NCBI GenBank assembly: GCA_963825865.1 | Contig: CAWGVG010000037.1 | Location: 1 to 30,851, forward strand | Direction of reading: 5' to 3' | Length of the DNA: 30,851 nucleotides | DNA from: an uncultured Nitrososphaeraceae archaeon | GTDB lineage: Archaea > Thermoproteota > Nitrososphaeria > Nitrososphaerales > Nitrososphaeraceae | Shown: one piece after another, positions 9,742-19,669 of the stretch | How positions within the stretch are numbered: the first letter of the stretch is position 1 | How the letters are laid out: every line of letters begins with the position of its first letter | Position numbers and translations under genes: made by a program | Notes under the pieces: model-generated | The model's input: the letters and a program-made list of their open reading frames with translations, nothing else | Databases searched by the model: none | What the model was told of the DNA's origin: nothing

Positions 9742-10476
9742 ATGAAAACTCTAACTTTTATTGCCATAACCATTTTTTCTGGTGCAATTGCAGGTGCTAT
9801 TCTTGGTTTAATTAACCAGATTGTAGTAGAACCATTTATTGATAAAGCTATAGGAATTGAAACTCAGAGACATATAACCAAAGGGGAAAATATTGATCTT
9901 GAGGAGCAATCACAATACCGTAAATATCAGAAGGAAGGAGAAATAGTTGCAAGTACTATAATGGGCTCGTCGTTAGCGGCATTATTCGGGATAGTTTTCA
10001 CATATAGCAGTAATACATTACCAGGGTCTAATAATAAAGAGAAAGCACTCATATTAGCTGCTATTATGTTCTTTGTATTATTTTTAGTTCCAGCCTTAAA
10101 GTATCCAGCAAATCCACCGGCAGTAGGTAATCCAGCTACGATTTACTATAGAGAAAGTCTGTTTGTTGGATTCATAGCTGTTTCAGGATTTAGTACTTTG
10201 GCACTTGCTTTATCATACAGAAAAATTGAAAATAAAACAGCAAAAGCAATAATTGTAATTCCATTGGCTTATGCAGTAATAATGGGGATCGCATACATAC
10301 TATTTCCGCCAAATCCTGATAAAATCACAATACCCATGGACTTGATCATAAGCTTCAGAGCTGCAAGCACATTTACTATCGGAATATTCTGGGGACTACT
10401 AGGGCTAATTCTAGGCTCGTTCTGGGACAAATTCAAGCCATATGAAGTGCACCCTAAAATTGCATCATCGCCTTAG
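9742..10476 (+). CDS. cbtA: Cobalt transporter subunit CbtA
   Basis: Multi-TM protein with VEPFIDKAIGIE and PALKYPANPPAVG.P.TI.YR, directly downstream of cbtB. Confidence 0.93.
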   Translation: MKTLTFIAITIFSGAIAGAILGLINQIVVEPFIDKAIGIETQRHITKGENIDLEEQSQYRKYQKEGEIVASTIMGSSLAALFGIVFTYSSNTLPGSNNKEKALILAAIMFFVLFLVPALKYPANPPAVGNPATIYYRESLFVGFIAVSGFSTLALALSYRKIENKTAKAIIVIPLAYAVIMGIAYILFPPNPDKITIPMDLIISFRAASTFTIGIFWGLLGLILGSFWDKFKPYEVHPKIASSP

Positions 10477-10645
10477 AATAGAATGCTCCTTACTTTCTCA
10501 TAATATGACATTTTGATTTACTCTCTTTTCTTGAGGAGAGCTTTTTATTAATATAATGCATAATGTCCGTCATAAGTAAGCGAGATGCAATTTCAAGATA
10601 TCCAAATATTTTATCTTCAATACCACTATTGTAGATACCTTCGTT

Positions 10646-10720
10646 TTATACTTTCGTTAAGTATTCATATATTAGCTAGATAGCCGTAGATCCTTCGCCT
10701 ACTCCTGCAGTGATCCTTAT
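10646..10720 (-). pseudogene. C-terminal relic of a thioredoxin-reductase-like flavoprotein
   Basis: IRITAGVGEGSTAI*LIYEYLTKV* resembles the TrxB-family terminal KRVASAVGEGS.AI..IH.YL motif. Confidence 0.55.
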
Positions 10721-10878
10721 GAGAGCTTAGTCAAACGAAGAAAGTTGAGCTGTTTCTTTATTTTTCAATTCTCATTAAGCAATTTAATATCTTGACCCGA
10801 AATAAAGATTATTAGGGATTCATTAATCGTTACCGCTAAGTTAAATAGATCTTGTCATCTACAGACATTGATTACAAA

Positions 10879-11100
10879 ATGTCAGAAGATGCGGTAGTTG
10901 ATTGGGAATCCATTATCCATAAGAATGTGAGATCGAAGGATGGTCAGGATGCTGGAAATGTTGATGCCATACAAGGGAATACAGTAGTAATCACAACTGA
11001 AGGTGACCGCAAGGAATATAATTTGCCAAAATCGCAAGTGGAAGGATACAATGGCGCAGAAGTCTCCTTGAAAGTTACTATCGGTGAATTAGAGAAGTAA
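10879..11100 (+). CDS. Small PRC-barrel-like hypothetical protein
   Basis: VDWESIIHKNVRSKDGQDAGNVDAI...EYNLPKSQVEGYNGAEVSL; the V.S.DG...G.V pattern is typical of PRC barrels. Confidence 0.6.
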   Translation: MSEDAVVDWESIIHKNVRSKDGQDAGNVDAIQGNTVVITTEGDRKEYNLPKSQVEGYNGAEVSLKVTIGELEK

Positions 11101-11253
11101 CAAAGTTTAAACGAGCAGATTTCCAGCTTTTTTTGTTAATTTCTTTGGTTTAGTTTCTCCATATACTACAGATAAGAAGTCTTTTCGTACTACTATACAT
11201 CTTAGTTATCAAATAGAGAATTAACACCATAGCAACTCAATTTCATGTAGATG

Positions 11254-11276
11254 TATCTATCTATCTATCTATCTAT
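11254..11276. repeat. (TATC)5 microsatellite
   Basis: TATCTATCTATCTATCTATCTAT lies next to an IS end. A similar TATC/CAAT run is at about 19865-19892, and (TA)n runs are at about 7304-7315 and 7502-7521. Confidence 0.85.
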
Positions 11277-11281
11277 GTAGA

Positions 11282-11483
11282 GGCTCAGTAGGATCCATCA
11301 ATATTATGATGAGGTTAGTCAATCTGTGCATGTTGTAGGCTATGCATCTGAAACATAGTTCTCTTTTCTGTGTTCTTACCAATATTGATGTAATGTGTTC
11401 TCCAAATAGTCCTTTTTTATCACTGAAAGTATGGTTTCATTGATTATACAACAATTTGGAACAGCCACGCTTCATCTGCTTTA
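11282..11483 (-). mobile_element. Degraded IS5-like element end with transposase C-terminus
   Basis: KQMKRGCSKLLYNQ*...SVIK.LFGEHITSILVRTQKRELCFRCIAYNMHRLTNLII, ending at a GGCTCAGTAG terminal-repeat-like sequence. Multiple lesions. Confidence 0.7.
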
Positions 11484-11572
11484 GAAGATTGTATTATCAT
11501 AACAGTAGAGCTAACCACGTTTTTTGGGATTGAGGAGAAGCCTCATAGAGTCCTCGTAATTAGGAGTCCATG

Positions 11573-11625
11573 TTTTTAGTACTGTATTGACTATTTGACA
11601 TTTTTAGCTACTGTATTGACTATTT
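11573..11625. repeat. Tandem direct repeat, 2 copies
   Basis: TTTTTAG(C)TACTGTATTGACTATTT occurs twice; the identical 17-nt core is at 11580-11596 and 11609-11625. Confidence 0.85.
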
Positions 11626-11811
11626 TCAAACTTATTTATTCATCAACATATATTTACAAACTATGGCGGTAACAATACAAAATTACATTTGGTCACATAA
11701 GTGCAAGCAGGCGAGGAATCAATATGTTCCAAAAAAAACGATAGTCTTGCTACCTAACCAAAAGACTCTCTAACACCAAAGGAAGAGAAACTAATTAAGC
11801 ACTTCTACTGG

Positions 11812-13341
11812 TTAGGGAACAACAACAATCTTTCCTATCATTGTAGGATGTACCCTACAAAAGTATGAAAACTCACCTGCATTTGTAAATTTATGTGAAT
11901 ATGTTTTTGCTGGCATTATAAGTGCAGTTAATCCTGAATCAAATGCTTCTCCTGCGTTTGCAGTGTTAGGTGTACCTGATGTAACCGTATGCAGATTGTT
12001 ATCATTGTTTATCCATGTAACAGTATTTCCAGCTTTGATCCTCAGCAGATTCGGCGAAAATGCTTTGTCGCCAAGAGTAGTTGCTCCCTTTACTATTGAG
12101 ACTTTATTTGTATCAGAGGAGGAAGGTTGTTGATGGTGTTGTTCCATTTCATGTGCCATTCCATTATTATTTGTAGCCCCAGCAGCGGTAGTTGCAGTTG
12201 TAGTGGTTACTTTTCCATTTGGATTTTCTTTCTGTAGGCTCTTTGTTAAATTGGCCTGCCAGTCTATCATCCTTATAGATTTTGTAATGGCAACATCATT
12301 TCCATCTACTGCATTTGCTGGAGCGTTTGTCACATTAAAGTATCCCATTGCTCCTCTCTCTTCGGGAATCCCATGAAAATGGAATGTGAATTTACCTGGC
12401 CATGGCCATTTCGCCTCCAATATAGCAGCATTACCTGATGCTAATTCCCACGACTGTACCGCAAGTGGAGAATTCTCCCATATGCCTGAAGGATACGCTT
12501 TAAACAACGTTCCATGAATATGCATACCATAGGCTGGAGAGAGACCCAAGTTTACAAGATATATCCTAACAGTCTCATTGGTTCTGGCAGGAAGAGGATG
12601 CGTCATGTATTGTTCAGCATAACCGTTGAACATATAGTATTCTGGTAATGGATTTAGTTGGTTTTGCGTATCGTATTCTCCATCAACAAGAACATATTCT
12701 CTTGCAGGAGGCAAAGGTTTTTTCGGATATACTATAAATGCACCGTACAGGCCCATTCTTACATGCTGCATTACCGGAGAGACATGACAATGATACATTA
12801 ATGCACCGGCTGGTTTTGCGATGAAATCATAAGTGTACGTTCCGTTTGCTTGTATTTGTTCAAACACACCGTCTTGTTCGCTAGGATGGTCTCCATGCAA
12901 ATGAACTGTATGCGGAAGAGGTGTTTTGTTAATGAAATGTATTATAACTCTATCACCTTCTGTTGCTGTTAAAGTAGGACCAGGAATAGTATCCATTATA
13001 AGTCCAGGCGTCGACGCGAACACCTGGGGCTATTAGTAATGTTGTATCCTGTGCTATTAGGGTATATTCATGGGTTTTTGGTTGTGGTAGTTGTGGTTGT
13101 TTTTGTAATACAGTATTGTTATTAATACTGATTGTATTAAAACTACCATTGCTACCTATTGATGTTGAGCCAATGCAACAGTACTAGCCATTAGTAAAAT
13201 AGAAATGGTGAACATGGCAAATGATATGGATGTAGCTTTTCCGATTACCTTCTTTGAAGAGAAAAAATAAAAACCTTTTTTTCTATTAATTATTTCTTCT
13301 CGTATAGGAATCATGATGATGATAATAATAATAACTATCAA
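11812..13341 (-). CDS. Secreted two-domain multicopper oxidase fused to a C-terminal plastocyanin-like domain; frameshifts near 13165 and 12992
   Basis: Signal/TM segment in 13156..13341; bridging frame HEYTLIAQDTTLLIAPGVRVDAWTYNG. Domain 1: HTVHLHG and YHCHVSPVMQHVRMGL. Domain 2: MHIHG and FHFHG. Terminal cupredoxin: HTVTSG...YFCRVHPTM. Confidence 0.92.
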
Positions 13342-13666
13342 ACTGCAATATTAACTATCATATAGTATGCAAGCAGTGCTTTGAAATTCTTGATTATATG
13401 CAGTGGAGAATTGAATAATTGTAACAGAAAATGCAATGGCTATACCCCATATTAGGGCAGATGATTCTCTTCTATCTATCCGATTAATTGTTTTCTTTTG
13501 TGAAAAGGAAATCACATCAACTGATGACAAACATACAAGTACGCCGAAGGGATGATTCTCCGTCGAACGATATATAGCATGTTAGTATCCCACTATACCT
13601 GGTAGCCACATTCTATGATATAGATTATTGTAAATAGTGTTTATGTAGGAGATAACATGGAAGTAT

Positions 13667-14119
13667 TTGAGAACGTTCAGACATTCATTTATTGTTAAAA
13701 ACCCTATAGAAAGAGTTTGGGATTTCTATACGGATATCAAGCATTTAGAAACGATAACACCTAAAGAGATAGATCTTAAAATCATTAATGCTACTAATCA
13801 AAAGATTGTTCAAGGACAGGAGATATGGGTTAGCGGTAAAATAATTACGAAAAGAAGAAGAATGACATGGCATTCAAAGATTACATACTTCAAACTATAC
13901 CAATATATGGATGAGATGTTAGAGGGTCCTTTCAAAAAATGGAGACACTTACACAAGTTTTACAATATCAATGCAGAACAAACAGAGATAATAGATGAAA
14001 TTGAATTTGAATTACCATATGGCATATTAGGAAAGTTATTCGAAGGTTATGCATACAGACGATTAAAGAAAATCTTTAAACATAGAAAAATATCTACAAT
14101 CAAAGCTCTTAGGGAATAG
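13667..14119 (+). CDS. SRPBCC (START/polyketide cyclase-like) family protein
   Basis: F.HSF.V..PIERVWDFY...L..ITP...W.SKIT...DEM.EGPFKKWRH.HKF...D.IEFELPYG.LG...IF.HR. Confidence 0.88.
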   Translation: MRTFRHSFIVKNPIERVWDFYTDIKHLETITPKEIDLKIINATNQKIVQGQEIWVSGKIITKRRRMTWHSKITYFKLYQYMDEMLEGPFKKWRHLHKFYNINAEQTEIIDEIEFELPYGILGKLFEGYAYRRLKKIFKHRKISTIKALRE

Positions 14120-14660
14120 AGATATTTATTTTGAACCTTGCTGCTTTGTCTTTATCGTTGTTTTGCGTATTTACTTTTCTTTTTCTCTTGAAAAATAGAA
14201 GTTAAATGAGGTTTAATCATAATGTGAATGTAAACATTGAATTTCAAATAAACCAAGAACATATTTGGTGTCCGGTCCAAATGTGTGAATCAAACAGTGA
14301 AGGAATATTTAGGAAGAAATCTTTGAAATTTTTCCTAAAATCTTGCCTTAATTCAATATTCATCAGACAGAGATTCTTGTTGAAATTAAATAGAACATAT
14401 ATTACAATGGATAGTAAGATCAAGAGGCGAAAACTGGTATGGACCCATCTAGGCAACAACTCAAATAGTCTACAAGAAGGAGTTTTCATTAATCTTATTT
14501 TTATTTTGTATTTACTTTTACGTCGAGCTATATGATATAACTAAGACTAAGATTGCTGCTATTCTATGAGGATAGTGAGATATGCTATGAATGTGAATCA
14601 TTGATGTCACGCATATTAATTTATAAATGCAATTTTTTAGCTTATTAATGTAATTACAGT

Positions 14661-15518
14661 ATGGGAAATAAGATTGCAATTGTAACTGGTTCTAGCAAAG
14701 GTATTGGGAAAGCTATAGCAATAGCATTTGCAAAGTCAAAGGAATATTCTGCAGTAGTAACTAATTCTAGAAAATTAGAGGAAGCTGAACAAGTCTCTGA
14801 AGAAATTAAAGCAATAGGTTGTAATTCAATTGCAATCCTCGCAGATGTTTCAAAGGAAAGTGATTGTATCAGGTTAGTTGAAGAAACTGTCAAGCAGTTT
14901 AATAGGATAGACGTATTGGTAAACAATGCAGGTATTCAAGATGATTTACCTTTAACAGAGATAAATTTGGAAGAATGGTACAAGATAATAGGAGTTGATC
15001 TTACTGGGCCGTTTATATGCAGCAGAGAGGCTGTAAAATACATGAAAAAACAACGTAATCCTAAAGGCGGATGCATCATAAACATATCATCTGTACATCA
15101 AGCAATACCCAAACCTCATTACGTACCATATGCTACATCCAAAGCAGGAATTGAAATGATGACAAAGACAATGGCATTGGAATTGGCTAAAGACAATATA
15201 AGAGCAAATATAGTTGCTCCAGGGGCTATAGATACAGATATGAATATAGAATTAAGAGAGAATAAGGCAGCACTGGAAGATGTTATCAAAAAAATTCCCA
15301 TGGGGAGAGTTGCAAGTGCTGACGAGGTGGCAAATGTAGTAGAATTCTTAGCATCAGAAAAAGCAAGCTATGTTACAGGCGCTTCATATTTTGTTGATGG
15401 CGGTATGACTTTGTATCCTGGTTTTGGCATAACTTCAGAACACGAGAATGCAGAACATCATAATGATATCAAAGATTCAGATATTAGTATTACCAATATT
15501 AAAGACACAAAGAATTGA
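14661..15518 (+). CDS. Short-chain dehydrogenase/reductase, glucose 1-dehydrogenase-like
   Basis: TGSSKGIG, VNNAGIQ, NISSVHQ.IP.P, YATSK (YxxxK), APGAIDT, YVTG...VDGGMTLYP. Intact ORF with TTTATAAA at 14620-14627. Confidence 0.93.
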   Translation: MGNKIAIVTGSSKGIGKAIAIAFAKSKEYSAVVTNSRKLEEAEQVSEEIKAIGCNSIAILADVSKESDCIRLVEETVKQFNRIDVLVNNAGIQDDLPLTEINLEEWYKIIGVDLTGPFICSREAVKYMKKQRNPKGGCIINISSVHQAIPKPHYVPYATSKAGIEMMTKTMALELAKDNIRANIVAPGAIDTDMNIELRENKAALEDVIKKIPMGRVASADEVANVVEFLASEKASYVTGASYFVDGGMTLYPGFGITSEHENAEHHNDIKDSDISITNIKDTKN

Positions 15519-15623
15519 GAGTCTGTTTATTAATAATGAAACTTCCAGCAAGAGAAGACACTAATTGGAAAGGATTCATCATGTGTTCGTATCAGAAGAA
15601 TAGAACTAACACAATGGTATTAT

Positions 15624-15842
15624 TTAAAATGCATTAAACATTGAGAATACAATTAGATAACTTTTCATGTTCCTGTATCCTTTACTTATTACTTCTGGCT
15701 TTAACCTTATTACCAACTCTGCTATTTGTTTTTTCACCTCTTCGCGAATTGATTTTATATCTTGCTCTTGTTGTTCCCTCAAAGCTTGAAATTTCCTATC
15801 CTCTTCTGCTTTGATTTCTTCATATGCTTCAGGTTTTCTCAT
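15624..15842 (-). pseudogene. Coiled-coil C-terminal gene relic, possibly from an integrase
   Basis: YEEIKAEEDRKFQALREQQEQDIKSIREEVKKQIAEL is a charged heptad tail with no catalytic motifs. The family link is recollection only. Confidence 0.3.
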
Positions 15843-16104
15843 AGCCTCGTTAACACCGTATTTAGCAATGTTAATAATTGCGGTATGTTAGTCATTGCAA
15901 TATCCTTGCAGATAGTGTCGATATCTTGAATCCTGACAATCTTTAATAAAAAATTTACATTCTTCTAGTCACAGTTTACTGCAGCAGAAGTTGCTTATAT
16001 CATCATATAGCAGAACTAAAAATGAATAGAATAAATATAAACGCAAAAAAAAGCAAAGCAGAAAGGGACAAAAAATGTATATATGTATTAATATATCTCT
16101 TTTT

Positions 16105-16542
16105 TCACTTTGCATCAACTACTCCTGTCATTGATGGATGAGTGACGCAGAAATAACTATATGTTCCAGCTTTGCTGAATGTATGTTCAAAAGTCTGCTT
16201 TGGATTAAGATTTCCAGAATCAAATTCATTGCCTTTGTTAGTATTGCTATCTGGAGATCCTGATGTTACTGTATGTGTCTCAACATCTGTATTAATCCAA
16301 GTTATTGTACTTCCCATCTTGATATTTATTGGATCTGGATTAAATGGCTTTTCACTTTCCTCACCACCGATTAAGACTTTGTATTCTGATGGCGTTTTTG
16401 TTGTTTCTGTTGCTGCTGTTATTTTTTTGTTAGTAATATTAGAGGTGTTGTGTGTACAGCGAACAACAGCGATACTAGCACAATAGCCTTTATTTGCCAA
16501 GACCAACAAGCTAAACAATCTGGAAGCGGAACAATCTCTCAA
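16105..16542 (-). CDS. Plastocyanin/azurin-like blue copper protein; 5' end uncertain
   Basis: PFNPDPINIKMGSTITWINTD...HTVTSG...FDSG...YSYFCVTHPSMTG (His, Cys, His, Met type-1 ligands). A hydrophobic signal-like stretch (IKAIVLVSLLFAV) lies in the adjacent frame before an A7 run. Confidence 0.92.
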   Translation of the reverse strand: MRDCSASRLFSLLVLANKGYCASIAVVRCTHNTSNITNKKITAATETTKTPSEYKVLIGGEESEKPFNPDPINIKMGSTITWINTDVETHTVTSGSPDSNTNKGNEFDSGNLNPKQTFEHTFSKAGTYSYFCVTHPSMTGVVDAK

Positions 16543-16703
16543 TCTGCAACTGGTAGCATAACCATATCAAGCCCATAAGCTTCGACGTTACTAGTAGCAG
16601 TGAACCGCACATATATTCAACAATTTTTTTCTTTATTTTTGATATCCTCTTTTTGAAATCACTTCAAATTTCAGCAACTTTGAGAGATTCATTAGAACAC
16701 AGA

Positions 16704-16800
16704 CTTGAAGGTGAGGGTTATGTTGAATGTGTTGAGATGAACAATAAGGGCTTATATTCAATTACGCCAAAAGGTCGAAAACTGTTACAGGGTTGGATTG
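16704..16800 (+). pseudogene. Winged-helix (PadR/ArsR-like) regulator fragment
   Basis: LEGEGYVECVEMNNKGLYSITPKGRKLLQGL has the Y.IT.KG...L wing motif; no intact start is present. Confidence 0.4.
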
Positions 16801-17075
16801 CTTTTCTATCAGCTTATTCCTAAATCTGCTTTGTTGCATGATTCAGGTTGATTTCGTTATATGTATACATAGCATACTTGTTTGTTATTGTCGATTTATT
16901 TAGTATAATTTATTACAATAATGAATCAGATACTAATCAATCTTCAATAGATAAACAAAAAATATTAACCACTTAAAAATGGTGTAGATGCAGTAACATA
17001 TATTACAATTATAGATCTGTTCATTTTAGCCAAGAATGTAGTTAAATATACACCCGGGGCTATACTTCACTGCTT

Positions 17076-17261
17076 TTAGGGAAAAGGTAGAATGAAAGGC
17101 GTTTTATCAGGTTGTATAGAATACTGAAGACCTTGATGCATGCAAGTTGGATCAATAATACTATCACATCTGTACTCAAAGGCACTTGCTTGTTGTTGCA
17201 AGAATACCACAGTAAAGGCTCCGCCTTCTATTAGTATTACTGCTGCCAGCGATAGTAGCAT
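17076..17261 (-). CDS. Small secreted Cys-pair peptide ending in TPFILPFP
   Basis: Signal-like LLSLAAVILIEGGAFTVVFLQQQASA, then FEYRCDSIIDPTCMHQ...DKTPFILPFP*. Confidence 0.55.
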   Translation of the reverse strand: MLLSLAAVILIEGGAFTVVFLQQQASAFEYRCDSIIDPTCMHQGLQYSIQPDKTPFILPFP

Positions 17262-17333
17262 TACTATTGTGATAATAATATCTGGTCCTCTCCAATATTA
17301 TTACCATTATTAGAATATATTGGATTAGGTAAT

Positions 17334-18364
17334 TGTTGTACTTACAAACATAGGTAACAATATAGCTTACAGACATAGTTAACACTTCTGCTAGGAAGTG
17401 GAAATCTCTATAGAAATTAGAACAAAATTCAATCTCATTCATGAACATGAATGGACTGGTAATAGTATTAGCGATATTTGCAATAAATACGAAATATCTA
17501 GGAAGACATATTACAAGTGGAAAAATAGATACATAGAGCACGGAATAGACGGGTTGAAAGACCTATCTAGAAGGCCTCATAGCATCAAAACCAAAGTATC
17601 TAAAGAAATAGAAGAAACAATACTTGATTTAAGATTAAAGACCTTTGGTTACTAGTAGAATCAGGTTCAGATTAAAAAGACTTGGAGTATCATTGAGCAG
17701 TAGAACCATATACAAGACATTGAAAAAACATACTCTCAACGTTCTAAACTGTAAGGTAAAGAATAATAGAAAGTATAAGCGATTTGCAATGAAACATCCA
17801 AATGACATGCTTCAAATGGATATACTTGGACCATTTTACGTACGCTGTTCTAGCACAAGAAATTACATGATAAGCTGTATAGATGACTGTTCAAGAAAAG
17901 TTGCTAGCAAGTGGTCTGAAAGAAAGAGGAGCATTGATGTTTTGAATGTACTAGAGGAGTGGATTATGGATAACGGAAAGCCCAGGAAAGTTATGCATGA
18001 CAACGGTAAGCAGTTTACATCTAAACTATTCAAACACTTTCTATATAAGAATAACATAAAGGATAAACCAATTCCAAATTCATATCCACAGTTACAAGGA
18101 AAGATAGAAGCATATAACAAGATTGTAAAGAATGAGTTCTTGACAGTTGAAGAAATAACAAGTATTGATGATGGAAAACTAAGGTATGATATGTTTGTCA
18201 AAGCATATAATGAAACTAGGGAACATGGTGGAATAAATGGTCTTACTCCTTCTGAAAGGTTTATACAAAGGTTAATTAAATCTAAGACATATACAAAAAG
18301 GAAGCAAGAAAGTGTAACCTATGTAGGTAATCAAAATTGTTACCCATCTGTGTAGGTTACAACA
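17334..18364 (+). mobile_element. IS481-family insertion sequence with 6-bp target-site duplication
   Basis: Ends are TGTTGTACTTACAAACATAGGTAACA and TGTTACCCATCTGTGTAGGTTACAACA (TGT...ACA imperfect inverted repeats). GGTAAT is duplicated at 17328-17333 and 18365-18370. Confidence 0.92.
17398..18355 (+). CDS. IS481-family transposase (HTH plus rve integrase core), one frameshift near 17650
   Basis: ICNKYEISRKTYYKWKNRY...GLKDLSRRPH; QMDILG, IDDCSR, HDNGKQF, PQLQGKIEAYNK, YNETREH. Confidence 0.93.
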
Positions 18365-19155
18365 GGTAATTATGATTGTTTTTTCCTTACTAAGTTATTT
18401 CTAAAATATATACTATTATTATTATTATTATGAATGTGCATATATTTAACTTGTAATTTACGATGAATATCTGTTATTTTCATTTTGAGTTTTCAATTTT
18501 ATTATATATCTATTACTATTAATATATCACCATGTAGAGCTAGAGGCAAGATGCCTCCCACCTACCATACGAGGTTACTCTCTGTGTATATAGTAAGGAT
18601 ATTTCGTAAGTCTTACCTTACTATGTATCCTGTTTGTACAGCAGATATAGTCATATACCCTTTCCGCGCTTATTGGTATTTGATAAAGGTTTTCTGTAAT
18701 CAACGTTCGTTATTCAAATCTTGTAGATTCTAGGTTTGATTTATTTTGAGGAGGGTGAACTGAAAAAAACAGATTTTGATATATGGGATAGGAACCCAAA
18801 ATCATTAACTTGGATGTTGGAGACATATCCCGCAATTGAAAAGCGACTTGCGGAAAAGAAAGAACTAAGAAAAAGGGATGGCAACATAAGCAAAGATACA
18901 ATTACTACTCTTGCTCTTTCAAGGCTAACAGGATAGAAATATCGAGCAATACTTTTTGGCAATGAATCTAAATCATATACAAATAGATATGCTGTTGTTG
19001 AGAAAAATATTTGCATTATTCTATGTCTTTCGACTTCTTTCTTTGCTATAGTTACCAATTTTTTAATAATGATGGAATCGGCAATAAGAGAAATTATGTT
19101 CAAAAGTATGAATATTGAACACATTTAATTACATTTGTTTAGTTAGTTAATTAAT

Positions 19156-19398
19156 TTAATTAATTAATGCCTTGCGATTGTCCCTAAGCTTGGTACTGAA
19201 GCAATACCCCCTCGGTCTAGACCTCAACTTTGAGTTACAGCAAGGGCACAATACACCATCAAATTTTATGAATAGGTCGCATATTTGGCAGCGTTTCTGT
19301 CCCATTGCGTAGTGGCTATTGCCATTAGCATTGCACCCTTCACCTTTTCTACAAGGTTTGATTGCTTGATACTTTGAACAGATCCCCTTACATGCCAT
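19156..19398 (-). CDS. Cys-rich putative zinc-binding protein of the type common in ammonia-oxidising archaea
   Basis: MACKGIC...YAMGQKRCQICDLFIKFDGVLCPCCNSKLRSRPR. Confidence 0.8.
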   Translation of the reverse strand: MACKGICSKYQAIKPCRKGEGCNANGNSHYAMGQKRCQICDLFIKFDGVLCPCCNSKLRSRPRGYCFSTKLRDNRKALIN

Positions 19399-19610
19399 TA
19401 TTGTTTATCAATCTCAAACACCCGTAACCTCTGGGCTGTTTTAATCTTCCCGTAAACGTTCAACTTGCTGTTAATCCTTGTGGCGTATAATTCCAGATAT
19501 TTCTCTGCCTCATCTCTCGACTCGAAAATTACCTCACCTCTAAAATAGCCATCCTCACCTGCATTAGCAAGGTGGAATATCAGTAAAACTCAGCAAGAGC
19601 TAGATGACAT
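19398..19610 (-). CDS. Small hypothetical protein with an in-frame TGA at codon 7, translationally coupled to the Cys-rich gene (not in ORF track)
   Basis: MSSSSC*VLLIFHLANAGEDGYFRGEVIFESRDEAEKYLELYATRINSKLNVYGKIKTAQRLRVFEIDKQ*. The stop overlaps the next start (TAATG). Confidence 0.55.
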
Positions 19611-19669
19611 TGAAACAGAAACTATAGGGTAGGCATTAGTACTTAAGTAAGCAATTACATTCTATTAGC

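Noticed and set aside
11573-11625. Direct repeat considered as a mini-CRISPR or att site
   Set aside because: Only two copies separated by about 4 nt, with no spacer-length insert and no cas genes. It looks like a local duplication.
11812-13023. Calling the multicopper protein nitrite reductase NirK
   Set aside because: It has four HxH motifs for a trinuclear centre and an extra cupredoxin domain, which fits a two-domain oxidase better.
13522-13570. Possible box C/D sRNA (TGATGA...CCGA..GGATGA...ACGA)
   Set aside because: The terminal D box is not CTGA, guide lengths are uneven, and I could not identify an rRNA or tRNA target by eye.
14206-14535. Overlapping ORFs 14206..14535 (+) and 14244..14489 (-)
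   Set aside because: No family motif, and composition is consistent with AT-rich non-coding or decayed DNA.
17640-17660. Programmed frameshift in the IS481 transposase
   Set aside because: No slippery A-run or heptamer at the junction (TTTGGTTACTAG), and IS481 transposases are normally single ORFs. An extra T explains it.
18485-19124. Several short overlapping ORFs on both strands
   Set aside because: I could not decide which frame, if any, is coding; no motifs.
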